A stretch of DNA of 63,965 nucleotides, filler included, from Dicyema japonicum (taxonomy: Eukaryota; Animalia; Dicyemida), in the NCBI GenBank assembly GCA_011109175.1. It is 8 parts of 7 records of this genome, joined end to end, with 100 filler letters (N's around TTAATTAATTAA, not from the genome) between each part and the next. Parts side by side here need not be neighbours in the genome. Positions count along the whole stretch, not along the records: positions 25,153 to 39,863 come from RDEW01000112.1; 7 more parts are not named here. One strand, given 5' to 3'. Below the pieces are notes generated by a model. That model was not told where the DNA came from. It made no database searches and saw only the letters and a program-made list of their open reading frames with translations. Shown in pieces: positions 25,400-38,304 of this stretch (position 1 is the first letter of the stretch; the number at the start of each line of letters is the position of its first letter). The position numbers were made by a program, and so were the translations under genes.

Positions 25400-26300
25400 G
25401 ACTAAGATATTTTTGTTGATTTAAATTAAACAACGATTACAGAACGAATGAAAATGAAAGTATACCATTTTCAGTTCAATCTGACATTTTTTAGATCTAT
25501 TTTGAATTTACGATGTTCAATATTGACAATGCGATATTCTATTTTGACATTTTTTATATCTAATTTGACAAGCGATATTCAATTTTGACAACGCGGTAAG
25601 CAACATTGACATTTTTTAAATCAATTTTAACATGCGATATTCAATTTTAACAATGCGATAAGCAATTTTGACATTTTTTATAGCAATTTTGACATTTTTT
25701 ATATCAAATTTGACATTTGACGATTTTTCATTTATTTTATATTTCTTGATTCGTTGTTCTTGTCAAGAATTTTATGTCAAGAAAAAATTCAAGAGTATCA
25801 AAAGCTACGAGAAGAGCACTTATAAATAAGGATGAAGAGGGTGGCGATTATATACAGCTTGCTCGGATGTTGGTGTCAGAGGACAACAGCTGTAGCCAAC
25901 TGTAAAAAGTGGAAATCCGTATGTTTGTAAACGTGGAGGTAGAAGGGATGCTACGATTAAACTTGCGGATGATGATATGAATTTGAAATTTGAAAAAATT
26001 GAGAATAATAACATTGAATTGAAGGAAATACGAACATTGGTAAATAATAAAATTTGTATTGCGACAATATATAACCGACTTGATGGCCGATTGATTACCT
26101 ACAAAATGCCTCGAAGAGAACAATTTCCAGGAATAGTCTGGAAAATATAGAAAAAAATATTTGCATTAGATTATCAACGTAATACAAATAGAAAAATAAA
26201 TTTGGACGAAACAAATTTCAATCTCTTTACAATAAAAATTCGGCCGATCCTATATAGGATCGCGTGCGATAGTTCCAGTAAGGGCAAGCAAATAGAGGAA
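25400..26300 (+). mobile_element. Tc1/IS630-like transposon 5' relic with subterminal tandem repeats (25480-25720)
   Basis: Repeated GCGATATTCAATTTTGACA-like units. Decayed RGGRR, ICIATIYNRL and LDETNFNL. Confidence 0.55.
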
Positions 26301-27319
26301 ATTAAATAAAGAGCGAATTATCCAGCACTATTCAAAAACAGTCCTTTTCTTTCAAAGTTAAGAATTAAAAAATAGTAAGGTTTAAATAAAAAATCGATTA
26401 TTTAACCCTAAAAAAATTGTATTTAATAAACCAAAATAGTTGATTACAAAATATTGCTTGAAAGATAGTAAGAGTAGTGTTGTAAAAGAATAACAATAAC
26501 GAATGTAGATCTATGTAATCGAACAAGTATAAAAACTTGATCTACGCTAATTAAAATTCTGAAAAAAAATCTGACAAACGAAGCAACCTTGACTAAAGGG
26601 AAAACGAACTTTGTAGAAATTGAAGATATTTATTGTTCCGAAGTTAAAGAACTCCGTAGAATTCATCTGCCGCTATTCTTCAATAAAGAAAAAACAATTT
26701 TCAGAAAAATTCTCTTGAATTTATCTTCCGAAAAGATGGTATTCGTGGAATTTTTCTAAAAACTACTTTTGTATACGACTTATATTAATTTCGTGTTATT
26801 TAAAAATTAAGTCATTTTTAACTAAATGAATCTGAATTTGGAGAGACCGAAGGGAAGGTATTTATCATAGAAAATGCTATTGCAAGCTGTTAGGAGTAGT
26901 GCATTTGCGAGGAACCATTTAAACCGTATCTACGTGGTTAGACGGTGAGTCCAACTTTTTTCAATGCGAAAGCATTATGCTCTGATGGCATGGTCATAAT
27001 AAGTGAAATTATGAAAGATTATATAGGTCAAGAAACCGAACTCAAAACATTTCCAGAAAAGATCAAACATTTTTACCCTGACATATCTGATCAACAGATA
27101 GAAGAATTTAAAAATAACGAAGACATCAGACGGGGATTGAGTACTGTGCAACAATGCAAGTCAGAACAGAAAACAATTATATAGAAAGTGATGAAAAGAA
27201 TACGATTTCATCCGTATCTGACATCTTGAATCGCCAAATGCTAATGTGCAAAGAGTATCCAGGAAACCCGAAACGTTTGTTCCCATATGACCAACCTTCG
27301 GTAAATTTTTACGCTCTTA

Positions 27320-27920
27320 ATTAAGCCTCCTCGATTTTCATCATGTTGGTCCAAGATGCGCAGGCGTAGGAGAAGGATGGTTCGATGTATTTACCATAAA
27401 TACGCGCCAACACCGAAAAGAATCATTTTCCACATTCGCAACAAGCTTTCAACACGTTCATTTTCTTTTCGCTTATCTACATGTGGAGAGAAGCAGAGCT
27501 GCATGTCGAGAGTCACTCATAAGATCCTCTGACTTCTGTTGAAAGGTATGGCCACATTGTTCAGCTTCAAAGCGACTGTCTTCCTTCCCAATCTTTTATC
27601 AGATGTGAAAAACATTCACAACGAACCGTTTATCCATTAGCCAGGCATTGGGCCAATCCAGATTAAATTGGATCCTTTCAGTGGCTTTCTGGATGTCCGA
27701 TTTCGTGAAGCCAGTACAATGTCATCCGTATAAGATAGTAAAACCTCATTATCGTCCACAAGAGACGGGAGGGGATAAGGGGAACCCTGAGGTACTCCGT
27801 TTGGCAGAAGACGTGACATAGACTTAAGTCCTCTGAGACACACTCTACTTCTTCGTCCACTTAGGAAGTTGGTAATCCATAGTTTGAGCTTTCTTGGAAA
27901 ATTTGTTAGAAATATTTTCC
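27320..27920 (-). mobile_element. LINE RT relic
   Basis: LPNGVPQGSP and YTDDIVL. Confidence 0.65.
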
Positions 27921-27926
27921 TAGATA

Positions 27927-28605
27927 CAGTCCGACCCGTCCCAAGCCAGACTCCATTTGGGGGGCACCCTCACTCTGTGAGGAGTTGTTGGAGCACCTTT
28001 GCATTTTGGTCCATGCCAGTAACAAATGCTATTTTTCATAGTCCTTAACAAATTTATAAACCTCGAATTGAGGCAAAAATTAAGTATAATTTTCATTAAT
28101 TTTGTTAATTTTAAAGCATTTTTGTTCAATTATTTTTATTACCATGTTAGACCAATCAATACAAAATGATTTAAACTTATCTGATTTATCGGAGATAGAC
28201 AAGCTAATCTTTTCAGCTTTCCAAGATTTAAGGGATGATTCAATTCCAGTTTCAGGAACATTGTTGAAAAACATTGCGTTCAAAGTCGCCGAAAGACTAA
28301 ACTTGAAGTCGTTTAAAGCATAAAATGGGTGGCTGGCCCGTTTTAAAAGGAGGCATGAACTATTATTCAAAACTCTTCATGGAGAGGCCAAGTCGTCTGA
28401 CAGGTCATTGTTGCCTTCCTTTTTTGACCAGTATGATTATTATCTCGAAACTTATGGACCTACGAACATGTTTAATTGTGATGAAACAGCGTTGTATTTC
28501 AAACTTCTTCCATCAAAATCATTTGTTAGTTCCAGCGATACATGTCGTGGAATCAAGAAAGTGAAGATCTTTTTTTACAACATAAAATTTGAAAGAATTT
28601 ATTAA
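27927..28605 (+). mobile_element. pogo/Tigger 5' fragment
   Basis: Starts TA|CAGTCCGACCC. Motifs IPVSGTLL, GWLARFKRRH and FNCDETALYF; truncated at the hAT relic. Confidence 0.8.
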
Positions 28606-29227
28606 TTCGTCCAGATCTGCAACAATTGCATCATTGTGAGTGACACGTCTCCTAGTAAGCACAAAAAACCTTTCACTGATGGTGAAATTTTAAAATCTTG
28701 TTTTTGGAAGCTGTTGATTCAGTATTTGATGATATGAAAGATAAACAGGAAATTTCAAATTGTATTAAAAACCTGCAACTCTCAAAACAGTCCGTTGTCA
28801 GAAGGACTGAAAGTATTTCTGACAATCTTTTTTCGCAATTAAAAAAGGATCTGCAGGCATGTTCGTGTTTTTCTCTACAGTTTGACGAATCAAACGATGC
28901 GATTGATATTGCCCAACTATGTGTATTTTCCCGTTTAATCTTCAATGATCTAACTGTGAAGGAGGAGCTATTTGCTATCATACCTCTGAAAGAAAGAACA
29001 ACTGGTGAAAATATCTATAATTCTTTCAAAAAGTTTTTGTTATCATTTGAATTATTACCGTTAATGAAGAAACTGGTATCCATAACAACTGATGGAGCTC
29101 CTGCAATGATCGGAAATCAAAATGGATTTATTGCATTTTGTCGGAAAGATGTTCATTTCCCGAATTTTTTAACATATCATTGCATCATTCACCAACATGC
29201 ATTATCTGGGAAAATGTTAAATTTTAA

Positions 29228-29610
29228 GAACTAAGGCGTTTCCATCTAAGCAAAGAAACGTTTCTATTCGTTTACCAGGCCTGTGTTCAGCCACTATTAC
29301 TCTACGGTTCGGAGGGATGGTACCAAACGGACGAAAGTGATCGTCTTACCGCAAAACCAGACGATTTGCCATAAAACTGGCATTCGGCCTGGAGCTCAGC
29401 AGTCCGCTGGAGGACTTGCATGAGCAGAGTATTTACACGATATACGCGATCCTATCGAAAACCCGAATTCGTGGAGGGAGATCAGAGCAATCTTCTGGGG
29501 CTAAACCGGAGTTGAGACCTTCGTGGTTCTCGTTCCCATGACCCCTAGTGCTACTCCTTGGCCACTTTTCTTTTTGGGCTATTGTATCAATAAACCATAT
29601 TCTTTCTTTC
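29228..29610 (+). mobile_element. 5'-truncated LINE insertion with 11-bp TSD inside the hAT transposase
   Basis: TTAAATTTTAA is duplicated at 29217-29227 and 29611-29621. The insert encodes YQACVQPLLLYGSEGW (post-RT region) and ends in (TTTC)n. Confidence 0.8.
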
Positions 29611-30159
29611 TTAAATTTTAACTATGTTATGCAGACTACCGTTAAAATTATCAATTCCATCCGAGCCAAGGCCTTACAAAGAAGATTATTTCGACTTTTT
29701 CTAGAAGTCGATGCAATCTATGGTGATCTACCTTTACATTGTGGCACAGATGGTTAAGCAAGGGATTAATTCTCACTCGTTTCAGAGAATTATTATCACA
29801 TGTTAAAGAATTTCTAAAGAAAACAACAAGCATTGGCATTTTCTTGAAAATCCTGATTGGCTATTAAACTTGGCATTTTTAACTGATATTTCCACAAAAC
29901 TGAATGAACTTAATTTAGAATTACAGGGAAAGAATAAATATATTATCGATATGATCAGCTCGATAAATACTTTCATAATGAAGTTGGAAATATGGATATT
30001 TCAAATCCGAAAAGAAAATTTTACCCATTTTCCTAACATTGAAGATGAATTCACAAAACAACAGAGCGATGAAAATCATTATTTCAATGAATTTTCAACG
30101 GTACTAGAAAATATAATGAATGAATTTAAACGCAGATTTAGCGATTTCAAGAAAATTAC

Positions 30160-30395
30160 TTGCCGTGGAGACGAGTGGTGTGATTGGGCCCGCGGGGAAG
30201 AGGATTCTCTCGGTCATTGGGAAGCTCATCGGGAAGAAGACCAGTGACCACCGGGAAACCAGCTGGCTGTACCAGAGGGTTATCGATAGCAATCTTGCGA
30301 GGTAACTCGTTTGCTATCCGCGGTGCAGCCACTGGGGAATCCTAATTCCCCGGGTTTACATAATTCATTTGACTTTGTTTGAAATTGAATATATG
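30160..30395 (+). mobile_element. 3' fragment of a CRE/R2-type (restriction-like endonuclease) retrotransposon
   Basis: AVETSGVIG and SIAILRGN motifs, typical of the RLE C-terminus. GC-rich island within the hAT relic. Confidence 0.7.
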
Positions 30396-30554
30396 TTACA
30401 ACTTTTTGATTTTTTTACTAATGTTTGTTTTTTTTAATGTTAATGAAGGACCGTACGCAATACAAAAATAAATAATGACTGCGACGTTTATATTTTTAAA
30501 AAAAGTTCGAGAACCACTGATATAGAGAATACAGAGCATATAGATATGAAAATA

Positions 30555-31714
30555 CAGTCCGACCCCGTTTCGGGGCACACCGCATTTCGGGGCATTTTTC
30601 ATTTGGGTCCTTTTCCTGCATTAATTTCCAAATTTGAAATTTTCTGTAGCCCCAAACCGGGGCACCAGAAAAGATTAAAATTATTAAATATTAAATTATA
30701 AATAATTTTAAATCTATTTTTGTAAAAACGTGAAACATTACCCTTATTGTAGCTAAATATGCTTCTTGATTATGAAACAAAACTAAAAATTGCAAATTCG
30801 ATTAAAAAAAAAGAACTATCCGAGCGACAGCTAATTATTAAATATAAAACCAGTAAAGGAACGATTGCACGAATAAAGAAAACCATTGTTCCCTTTTTAC
30901 GCGATGGTAGAGTTAACACTGAAGATGAGAATATAACATCAGAAAGATATAAAATATTTGACCACAAAGTATTTGAAATATTTCAGAAACTCAGAGAACA
31001 AAATTTTCCAATATCAGGGCCAATCATTAAAAAATTGGCTTCATTGTTACAGCAAGAATTGGATTGAATTCTTTCAAAGGATCTAATGGTTGGCTAGACC
31101 GATTTAAGGTCCGACATGAACTAAAATTTAAAACAATGTGCGGCGAAAAAGATTCATGCGATTTATCCCACATCAATGCTAGTTTCAAAAAGTTGAATGA
31201 AGTAACAGAAATTGCAATCACAGATTGTTGGAAACAATTGAAAAAAATCGTGATGTCTTAATTATTGACGATCACCTAACTGATGAAATAATGACCGAAG
31301 CTGTAAATGAAATATTAACGAGGCTGATGAAGAAACAATTGACTGCGACTCTGTTATCTATAATGGAGATCTAGCTGAAAATGAGGACGTGACCGAGAAA
31401 CAAATTTTGCAAACATTGAATACTCTGGAACAGAACATTTCCAGCATAACACCAATGTCATTTAAAAAATTCTACGAATTCGAATGACCGTAATGAGAAA
31501 CATCCGAAATAGTTACAAAATTGGAGGAAAAATAACCGATTACTTTGTTAAAGAGTGATTTAATGGATATTATTATCATAAATAAAATCTCTTACCATTT
31601 ATTACATTTAGATGGTTTAAAATAAAAGATTTTATAATGAAAAAACAAAAACCCCTGTTTTCGGGGCACCCCCGCATTTCGGGGCACAAAGTGCCCCAAA
31701 CCGGGGTTACACTG
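30555..31714 (+). mobile_element. pogo/Tigger-family element, internally deleted, TIRs and TA TSD present
   Basis: TA|CAGTCCGACCCCGTTTCGGGGCAC ... GTGCCCCAAACCGGGGTTACACTG|TA. CENP-B-like HTH motifs PISGPII and FKGSNGWLDRFKVRH; DDE domain absent. Confidence 0.9.
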
Positions 31715-31899
31715 TATTACTAAAATATAAAATGAATACAAAAATAAAAAACAGTATTAATAAAAATTAAATCATTGTTAAGTCGAATAAAAATGAACTT
31801 GAAAAATTTCTTGATTAAGAATATTTTTCAAATAAACAATGTATTTAATTTTTATAACATATATAGATGAACATATCTTGAGAAAAATATTTAAATATA

Positions 31900-32900
31900 C
31901 ATCGTACAAAGTAAAGATTAAAAATTAGATTTAATAACAAAGATAAGATTAAAAAGCCACACAACAACAAAATAAGCGTGGTAAACAACGTTGTATTAAC
32001 TAATATTTATTTACAAACTTTTTATTAATAATAGAAAAATTATAAAAATCGTTAATAATCCATTAAAATCATCTATGTTGACTTAGGGCATTTCAATATT
32101 TTTGAACCTTTACTGTTAAAGGCTCCATGCGTATTAATAGAACTTTTATATATCAAGAAGACGAGGAAATGTAAATATAATCTCCGTTTAATTTCAGAAT
32201 TCTGTTAACAATAGACAGAATTAACATTCTATACAAAGCTAAAAGATTTTACACTATTTTCCAGCAAATTGAAAAAGCGGTAAAATGCATAAAGTTATAA
32301 AATTCATATATTATTCTCCATTCTCAATAACCTTCGATATCAGCTGTCGGGATTTATGTAAACTACCATTAATACCATCATGTATGTTTTAACAAAAATA
32401 ATAACTACAAACTTTAAGATTTTATCTGTATTCAGGCTCGGTAAATTCATTCATTTTATGCGAATTCCTAGAATCTAAGTTATCCACAACTAATTATATC
32501 CAACATTGATGATGACAACGTGAAAGAAGTTTGTCGTAAAAAATAATGATCAAATATTTTCTACCATTCTCCCCACATTTAAACCCAATAGAAGAGTATT
32601 TTTCAATGGTCAAATCGACATACTTTGGTATGGTTTCACCATAAAACATTTGAACAGATACGATCAAGCATCAATTTCATAATTATTTCAATTAAAATTC
32701 AATGGAATGAAAGAACTAAAAATGGACGGATAGACGTTGGAATAAAAGAACTAAAAATGGACGGATTTTCCTCTAAATAGAATAGAAATTAGTTGAAAAA
32801 TATTTTTTTATTGGTTTAAATTGATTTTAATTTTTTCGATTTTCATCAAAAATAGGACTATTGAACTGAATAGCCTTGTAAATCAAATAAGAACGTTGAA
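31900..32900 (+). mobile_element. Tc1/IS630-like DDE domain relic
   Basis: DNV and IFLPFSPHLNPIEEYFSMVK (SP.LNPIE motif) near 32510-32620. Confidence 0.65.
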
Positions 32901-33635
32901 CTATTAAAAATCGCAATAAAAGATTGGAACCTTCACTGGCGGGATCAGAATTGGTTACCGTCATTACAATAATAAAACTTAAGTTTATTTATTTGATGCC
33001 CTCAGTAAAATAATATCGAGATTCTACGAGGAAGGATATTTCTCAACAACGAATAGTGGCAATAAACATTGTAACAATACACTACAAATAGTTATATATA
33101 AATATTCCAAATCTCTCGTGACTTTTGAAAACCATTATATATAGAACTATTTTAGTAGTCTAATCACAAACTGATACACTTTAAAGGTAAAATATTTAAA
33201 ATCATTTTTTTCATTCAAAAACATTACTAGAAATTTATTGATAAGATGAATACAAATCAAAACGCTAAATTTCTTGATTCGAAATATTTTCCGAATGAAA
33301 ATGTATTTTTTTTAATAAATTCATAAATATTCTGACTTAATTGACGACAAAAGCCACCTTGAAGATATATAATGAGTTGTTTGAGATGAGTTTCATCAAA
33401 TCTTAATTATTATATATCGGAAGATTTTTTACGAATAAGTAATTAAATAAGTCATGTTTTCAGGCGTTCAAATAGCATAACTATAATATTTTGTAGTGAA
33501 ATATGTCAGATTGCAATGCAGTCATTAACTTAAACACTTTTACAAACTGTTTTCTCTTGAGATATTTTTTTATCTGTCCAGATATTTGGGATAGATATAC
33601 GTTATGTGGTCAATGTTAGTATTAAATATGTCAAA

Positions 33636-34325
33636 TTAATAGAAAATGTCAGTCTTTATCATGACTTGACAAAAGTCGTCAAAATTGAGCAATCCATCCC
33701 CATTTGAATCCGCGTCTTCTACCATCTCTACGAGCATTTTCTTTTAATTTTAATATCCGACTTTCACACACTATTTCCAGATCCTTTACCGAAATCAAAC
33801 CATTCTTATCTATATTATATTTTTAATATAAGTTAATACTAATGTCGATCTGATCAAAACATATTTTTAGCATTTCTACTGGTTTACGTCCGTTCCTTGA
33901 ATTTTATCGATGAGCGACATGAATGTCTCCAAATTTACTTAAAATTTATTTTAAATGTATTTATTTAAAATATTTATTTAACTAACTTTTAATAGATTGT
34001 TCATTTATATATTCAGTTAGAGACCTATATTTAGCCTTTTCGATTCGAAGTATTTTGAAGGCATTTTCAAGTTGAGATAAATTAAGAATACTAAAGGTGT
34101 ACAATTTTTAGTTTTTTTTTATATATAAATACTATATTCATTAAATATATAATATAATTTTTTAATAGTATATTAAGGGACCTGTCATTATCGGAGTCTA
34201 ATTCGTTAAAGAGATAACGTAGGTCTGCCAATTCTTGCATCGAGAAGTGGTCGGGATTTGATAAAAAGACATCAGTCCCTGCTGAGGCAATTCTTTTAGT
34301 TGCAAAAAGAATTTGCTCCAAAATC
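33636..34325 (-). CDS. Centrin/calmodulin-like EF-hand protein with two single-base frameshifts (errors or pseudogene)
   Basis: Pieces ELADLRYLFNELDSDND/SILN, CFDQIDI/NKNGLISVKDL and EMVEDADSNGDGLLNFDDFCQVMIKTDIFY* (centrin-like C-terminus). Introns 34091-34181 (91 nt), 33938-33986 (49) and 33810-33839 (30). Frame breaks near A-runs at ~33902 and ~33740. Confidence 0.72.
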
Positions 34326-34581
34326 TATATATAATTATTAAATAATTTCTCAGCTAATTGTTTGTACTTTGTTTGTCCATTACAGAATATACTAAGCGTA
34401 AATATAGTGTATTCCTAATTAAAAAATATTTAAATTTCAATCTAAACATATAAATAATAATTAAATATAAAAATGTAATAATACACTGATGGTTCTCCAG
34501 ATTGTTTATGTCAAATAAATCTTAAATTAAAGACATTGTTTCATCACAATATCAATTTTTTAATGAAATAAATATTCAAGT

Positions 34582-35036
34582 CAATTAATTAAAATTATTC
34601 TTTTTGATGATTGTTTATTTAATAATATCTTAGCCTTTGAATGTGCATCTACGACTTTAGGACGATCCACATCTCGAAGGATAACTGGAAATATTTGTAA
34701 ACAATTTTCTTTTTGTTCTGTGACTTTTTTGTTAGATTTTTGTAGAATCATATGACTTCGTAAAGTGAAATAGTCAATATTTTTAAGATATTCATTTTTA
34801 TTTTCCTCAATTTGTTTACTGTTAATAATTTAGTAAAAAAACCTTATTTTTTCTGGATTGAAATGATTGATCTTTGGATCTGGAGTTAGATAGCTCTTTA
34901 ATTTGTATTTTTCATTGTTAAATTTGAAAATTACTTTCTTTCTTTCGTCTTCTAATCTTTCGTTTTCTTTTAAAATCCGCTTTCTGTCTTTTATGATTTG
35001 GAGATCAATTTTGTTAAGTTTATTTTGCTTTTTCAT
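34582..35036 (-). CDS. Lys/Asn-rich coding exons, possibly the N-terminal extension of the EF-hand gene
   Basis: ORF 34830-35036 continues in frame across a 24-nt GT-AG intron (34819-34842) for ~80 more codons. I could not resolve the link to the EF-hand exons. Confidence 0.4.
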
Positions 35037-35254
35037 TATTTATATCATCAAAAGTTTATTTTTAAATAATTTTGTTAGTTTTAAATGATTTATGAACATT
35101 GTACGTAATTTCCATTGAAATAACAATCTTGCCCGTTAATCAATCAGTTTTATAAAACAAATAATTTTAATCTTTGCCATATTTTCGTCAAATCAATGTG
35201 ACGTCATCACTTATTATCAAAAACCAAATCTGAGGTTTTTAATGTATCATTTTA

Positions 35255-37750
35255 ATGTATCAANTTCCCACACGAGACAATGCTCTTATTTTGTCAATTT
35301 CTGAGGATGAAATCTTGGAAGGGATTCGATCTTTCAGACCGAGTAGCAGTGGGGAATTTGATGGTCTCCGACCGAGTCATATAAAGGACATGATTTCTCG
35401 ATTGACTACGGAGGCTGGAATCCGCCAGATCAAGTGTATGACCAAACTTGTCGAACGGATTGTCAATGCTGAGATCCCAGGCTTGGCTAGGGATCTCCTT
35501 TTCTGTTCACACCTTATTGCTTTCCGAAAGAACGATGAGGAGTCCGCCCCATTGCAGTCGGTAATGTCTTCCGGAGGCTCGCATGCAAAATTGCAGCCCG
35601 AAGAGTCTGTCCCCGTGTTGCCGCTGAATTATCTCCAGTCCAACTAGGAGTTGGGGTTCCCAACGGATGTGAAGCTGCTGTCCACGCGACAAGAGCTTTT
35701 TTTCACCTGACACAAGACATTCCCAAATTCCTTTGCGGTGAAGCTGGATATCTCAAACGCATTCAACAGTCTGAGAAGGGACTGTATGCTGGAATCATGC
35801 TCGCGGCGTACCCCAGAGATTATGAGTCTGGCTCACCTTGCTTACGGTCCGAAAGTTCGCTTGTCTTAGACCAGGGTCGGCAGGATTTTTGTCTTCGCGG
35901 GCCAAAATTTTATTTTTGTATGCGATCCGGGCCAAACGAGAAAAAATCCTTATCGGTAGCAAAAATAACGATATACGAGAATCCTCTTGGCTGAGACAGA
36001 GGATCTATTTCGCCAGAAATTTTATTTTTTCAATCATTTTTTCGCCTGAAATAATTAAATTTTTTTCATTCCTTCGAATCATTAGCTAAAAATTTCCCCA
36101 TTTTCCCTTCATCGATCACCCATAAATATGTAATTGGGGGTTCCCTACATCTCCTTGAATGATTGATGTAATTGGGGGCTTCGTAGACAATAATCTTTTC
36201 GACTAAGAATATTACTGAGACGGATTATACCTTACAGAAAGTACAAAGCGAAATCACCATTGAGATTTCATCTCTAGATTTCTTAGTTTTGAAAAAAGCG
36301 GTCTCTCCCAAAGTGGTTATAGTTATGTTCCGCCTAACTTTTATTAAGTTGCAACTCAACGCACTTAAGCTTTAATTCGAGTGCATCTTCACAGAAAAAA
36401 CGTAATTTTAGCCCATTCTTTTGAAAATATGTTTTTCATTTTCAAAATGGAAATTGCTTCCAAATTTTGTAAACCTGTATCGTTCATGCCGCTCGATTTA
36501 CGATGTATCAAAGTTGGGGTCCTTCATTTCTTTGATTTTTTATTGTGTTTCCCACGCTTTTTTAAGTAAATAATAATAATGTAATTCTAGAAAATATAAT
36601 CAATTATTTATTCTGCCAGTCTTCTTTTTTAAATTTCTATTTTTTTCGGCCATTTATGCAAAGTGTAGATTATTCGGCGTGTATTTTATTCGGACTGTGA
36701 CATACTTTACTAAATTTGCCCGCGGGCCATGTTAGTTGAAAAAATTTGTTAGCGGGCCAATTTCCTTTAGTATTATAAAATTTGTTGGCGGGTTATTTTT
36801 AATCCTCGCGGGCCAAATTTGGCCCGCGGGCCGCGTTTTGCCGACCCTGTCTTAGACAAACACATTGTCCGTTCCCGGACTGGAGTCCAACAAGGTGACT
36901 CTCTTGGACTCTTACTATTTGTTCTGTCAATCGACGAGGTGGCTCGTAATGTTAAGACACCTTTCAACCTTTGGTACCTCGACGATGCCACTATTGTGGC
37001 CCTGTTGATGTGGTCTTGGATGAGTTATCTAAAATTGTTCCTGCCCTGGCAAGAATGGGGCTGATAGTCAACACCAAAAAACTGAGATCATAAATATCTC
37101 AGTCCTAATACAAGACTTTGGTTTAGTTAATAGAGAATATTTCGGAAATCTTGGCAGGCACAAAAAAACACAGCTCAAAGATGTTTATTTTCTTGGGTGT
37201 CCTTTCAAGGAGTCCAAATTTGCAAAACCACTTTCGAGATAAGACTGTCGAAATGTCTCGTTTCTCTGATCGCCTCGCCCTACTTGACTCTCACACGGCC
37301 TGTTTCCTCCTCAAAAATTGCATCCACGTCCCCAAACTATTATACTTATTGAGATGCTCGCACTGCTATATACAAGAAGAAATATTGCATTCTATCGATA
37401 ATACGTTGAGATTGTGTGCCGACGCAATGTAAACTACCACTTAATTCTGGTGGAGCTGGCCTAAGATCTGCCCTGGACCTTGCCCTGCCGGCTTTCTTGT
37501 CCTCTCACTCATCCTGCCGAAGGCTATCCTTGGAGATTCTACATAAATCTCCCGAATCTTCTTTGGACAAGCCTTTTGAAGATGGTTGTATGCTGTGGAA
37601 GGATTCAGGACTAAATTCCCACTCCAAACATCATTCGAAGGGAGCAGGGACAATTTACGCTGCTTGCAATGAGGCTCGACCAGCATCGCCTCGCCTGTTT
37701 ACGCTCTGCAGCCATGCCACACAGCGGGTCTTGACAGAATGCTATGCCAA
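35255..37750 (+). mobile_element. CRE-clade-like non-LTR retrotransposon RT relic, split by the hAT MITE
   Basis: Motifs DGLRPSHIKD, QLGVG, LDISNAFNS, GVQQGDSLG, WYLDD and LPLNSGGAGLR in shifting frames. Confidence 0.8.
35872..36849. mobile_element. Non-autonomous hAT element (MITE-like, 978 bp) inserted in a CRE-type retrotransposon
   Basis: TIR CAGGGTCGGCA/TGCCGACCCTG, perfect 8-bp TSD TCTTAGAC (35864-35871, 36850-36857) and subterminal GCGGGCC repeats. Confidence 0.93.
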
Positions 37751-37759
37751 TTCAACTTC

Positions 37760-38144
37760 AAAAAACTCAGAAGAAATTGTACATCTTATCGAGAAAATCT
37801 TTTACACTATCATTCATAAATCTAATTATCCGTGTAGGAAAAATGAATATCAAAATTTGATTAGAACATGCCAAGAGTACAATGATATTGTTTCATATCT
37901 ACAATGGAAGATCATCAACCAAAATTTTACAAAAATGCAAAAATTTCGATTTATTCAGAAGGCCAATCTTTTCTTGTTAGAAGATTCAATACTTTTTACA
38001 AATGACGAGGCTCATAAACGAGTTATTGCTCAGGACGACATTAAAACTATGAAGATAGAATGCATGAAACAGCACTTGACCACTCATTATGGAATCAATA
38101 AACTGAAAGAATTTTGCGACAATTATTATTCCCTTTCAAATTAA
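37760..38144 (+). mobile_element. N-terminal part of a Gypsy/Ginger-like integrase relic
   Basis: FLLEDSILF...HKRVI...HLTTHYGINK resembles the integrase HHCC zinc-finger start. Confidence 0.5.
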
Positions 38145-38304
38145 GTCTATGGATTAAAACAGATTAATACTTATCATTTTTTTGACAAAAATGGGAAGCC
38201 TTAAATAATTTTAAAAAGTTATTTTTTTAAATGTTGGTAACCGAAACCTATTTGCAAAATTTTTAGCGTGCTAAATTTGTTTCTTGTAATGGCTTCTTAT
38301 AGAG

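Larger units (their letters stand above)
28620..30519 (+). mobile_element. hAT (Buster/GTF2IRD2-like) transposase relic with 3' TIR, interrupted by two retro-insertions
   Basis: ORFs 28698-29234 (FSLQFDESND, TTDGAPAM, HCIIH) and 29870 onward (LAFLTDI...LNLELQG). Terminal GTTCGAGAACCACTG ends at 30519. Confidence 0.88.

Noticed and set aside
37416-38144. 242-aa ORF fusing CRE retrotransposon sequence to an integrase N-terminus
   Set aside because: Non-ATG start, both parts are broken fragments, and the CRE part drifts out of its native frame. Most likely a fortuitous junction.
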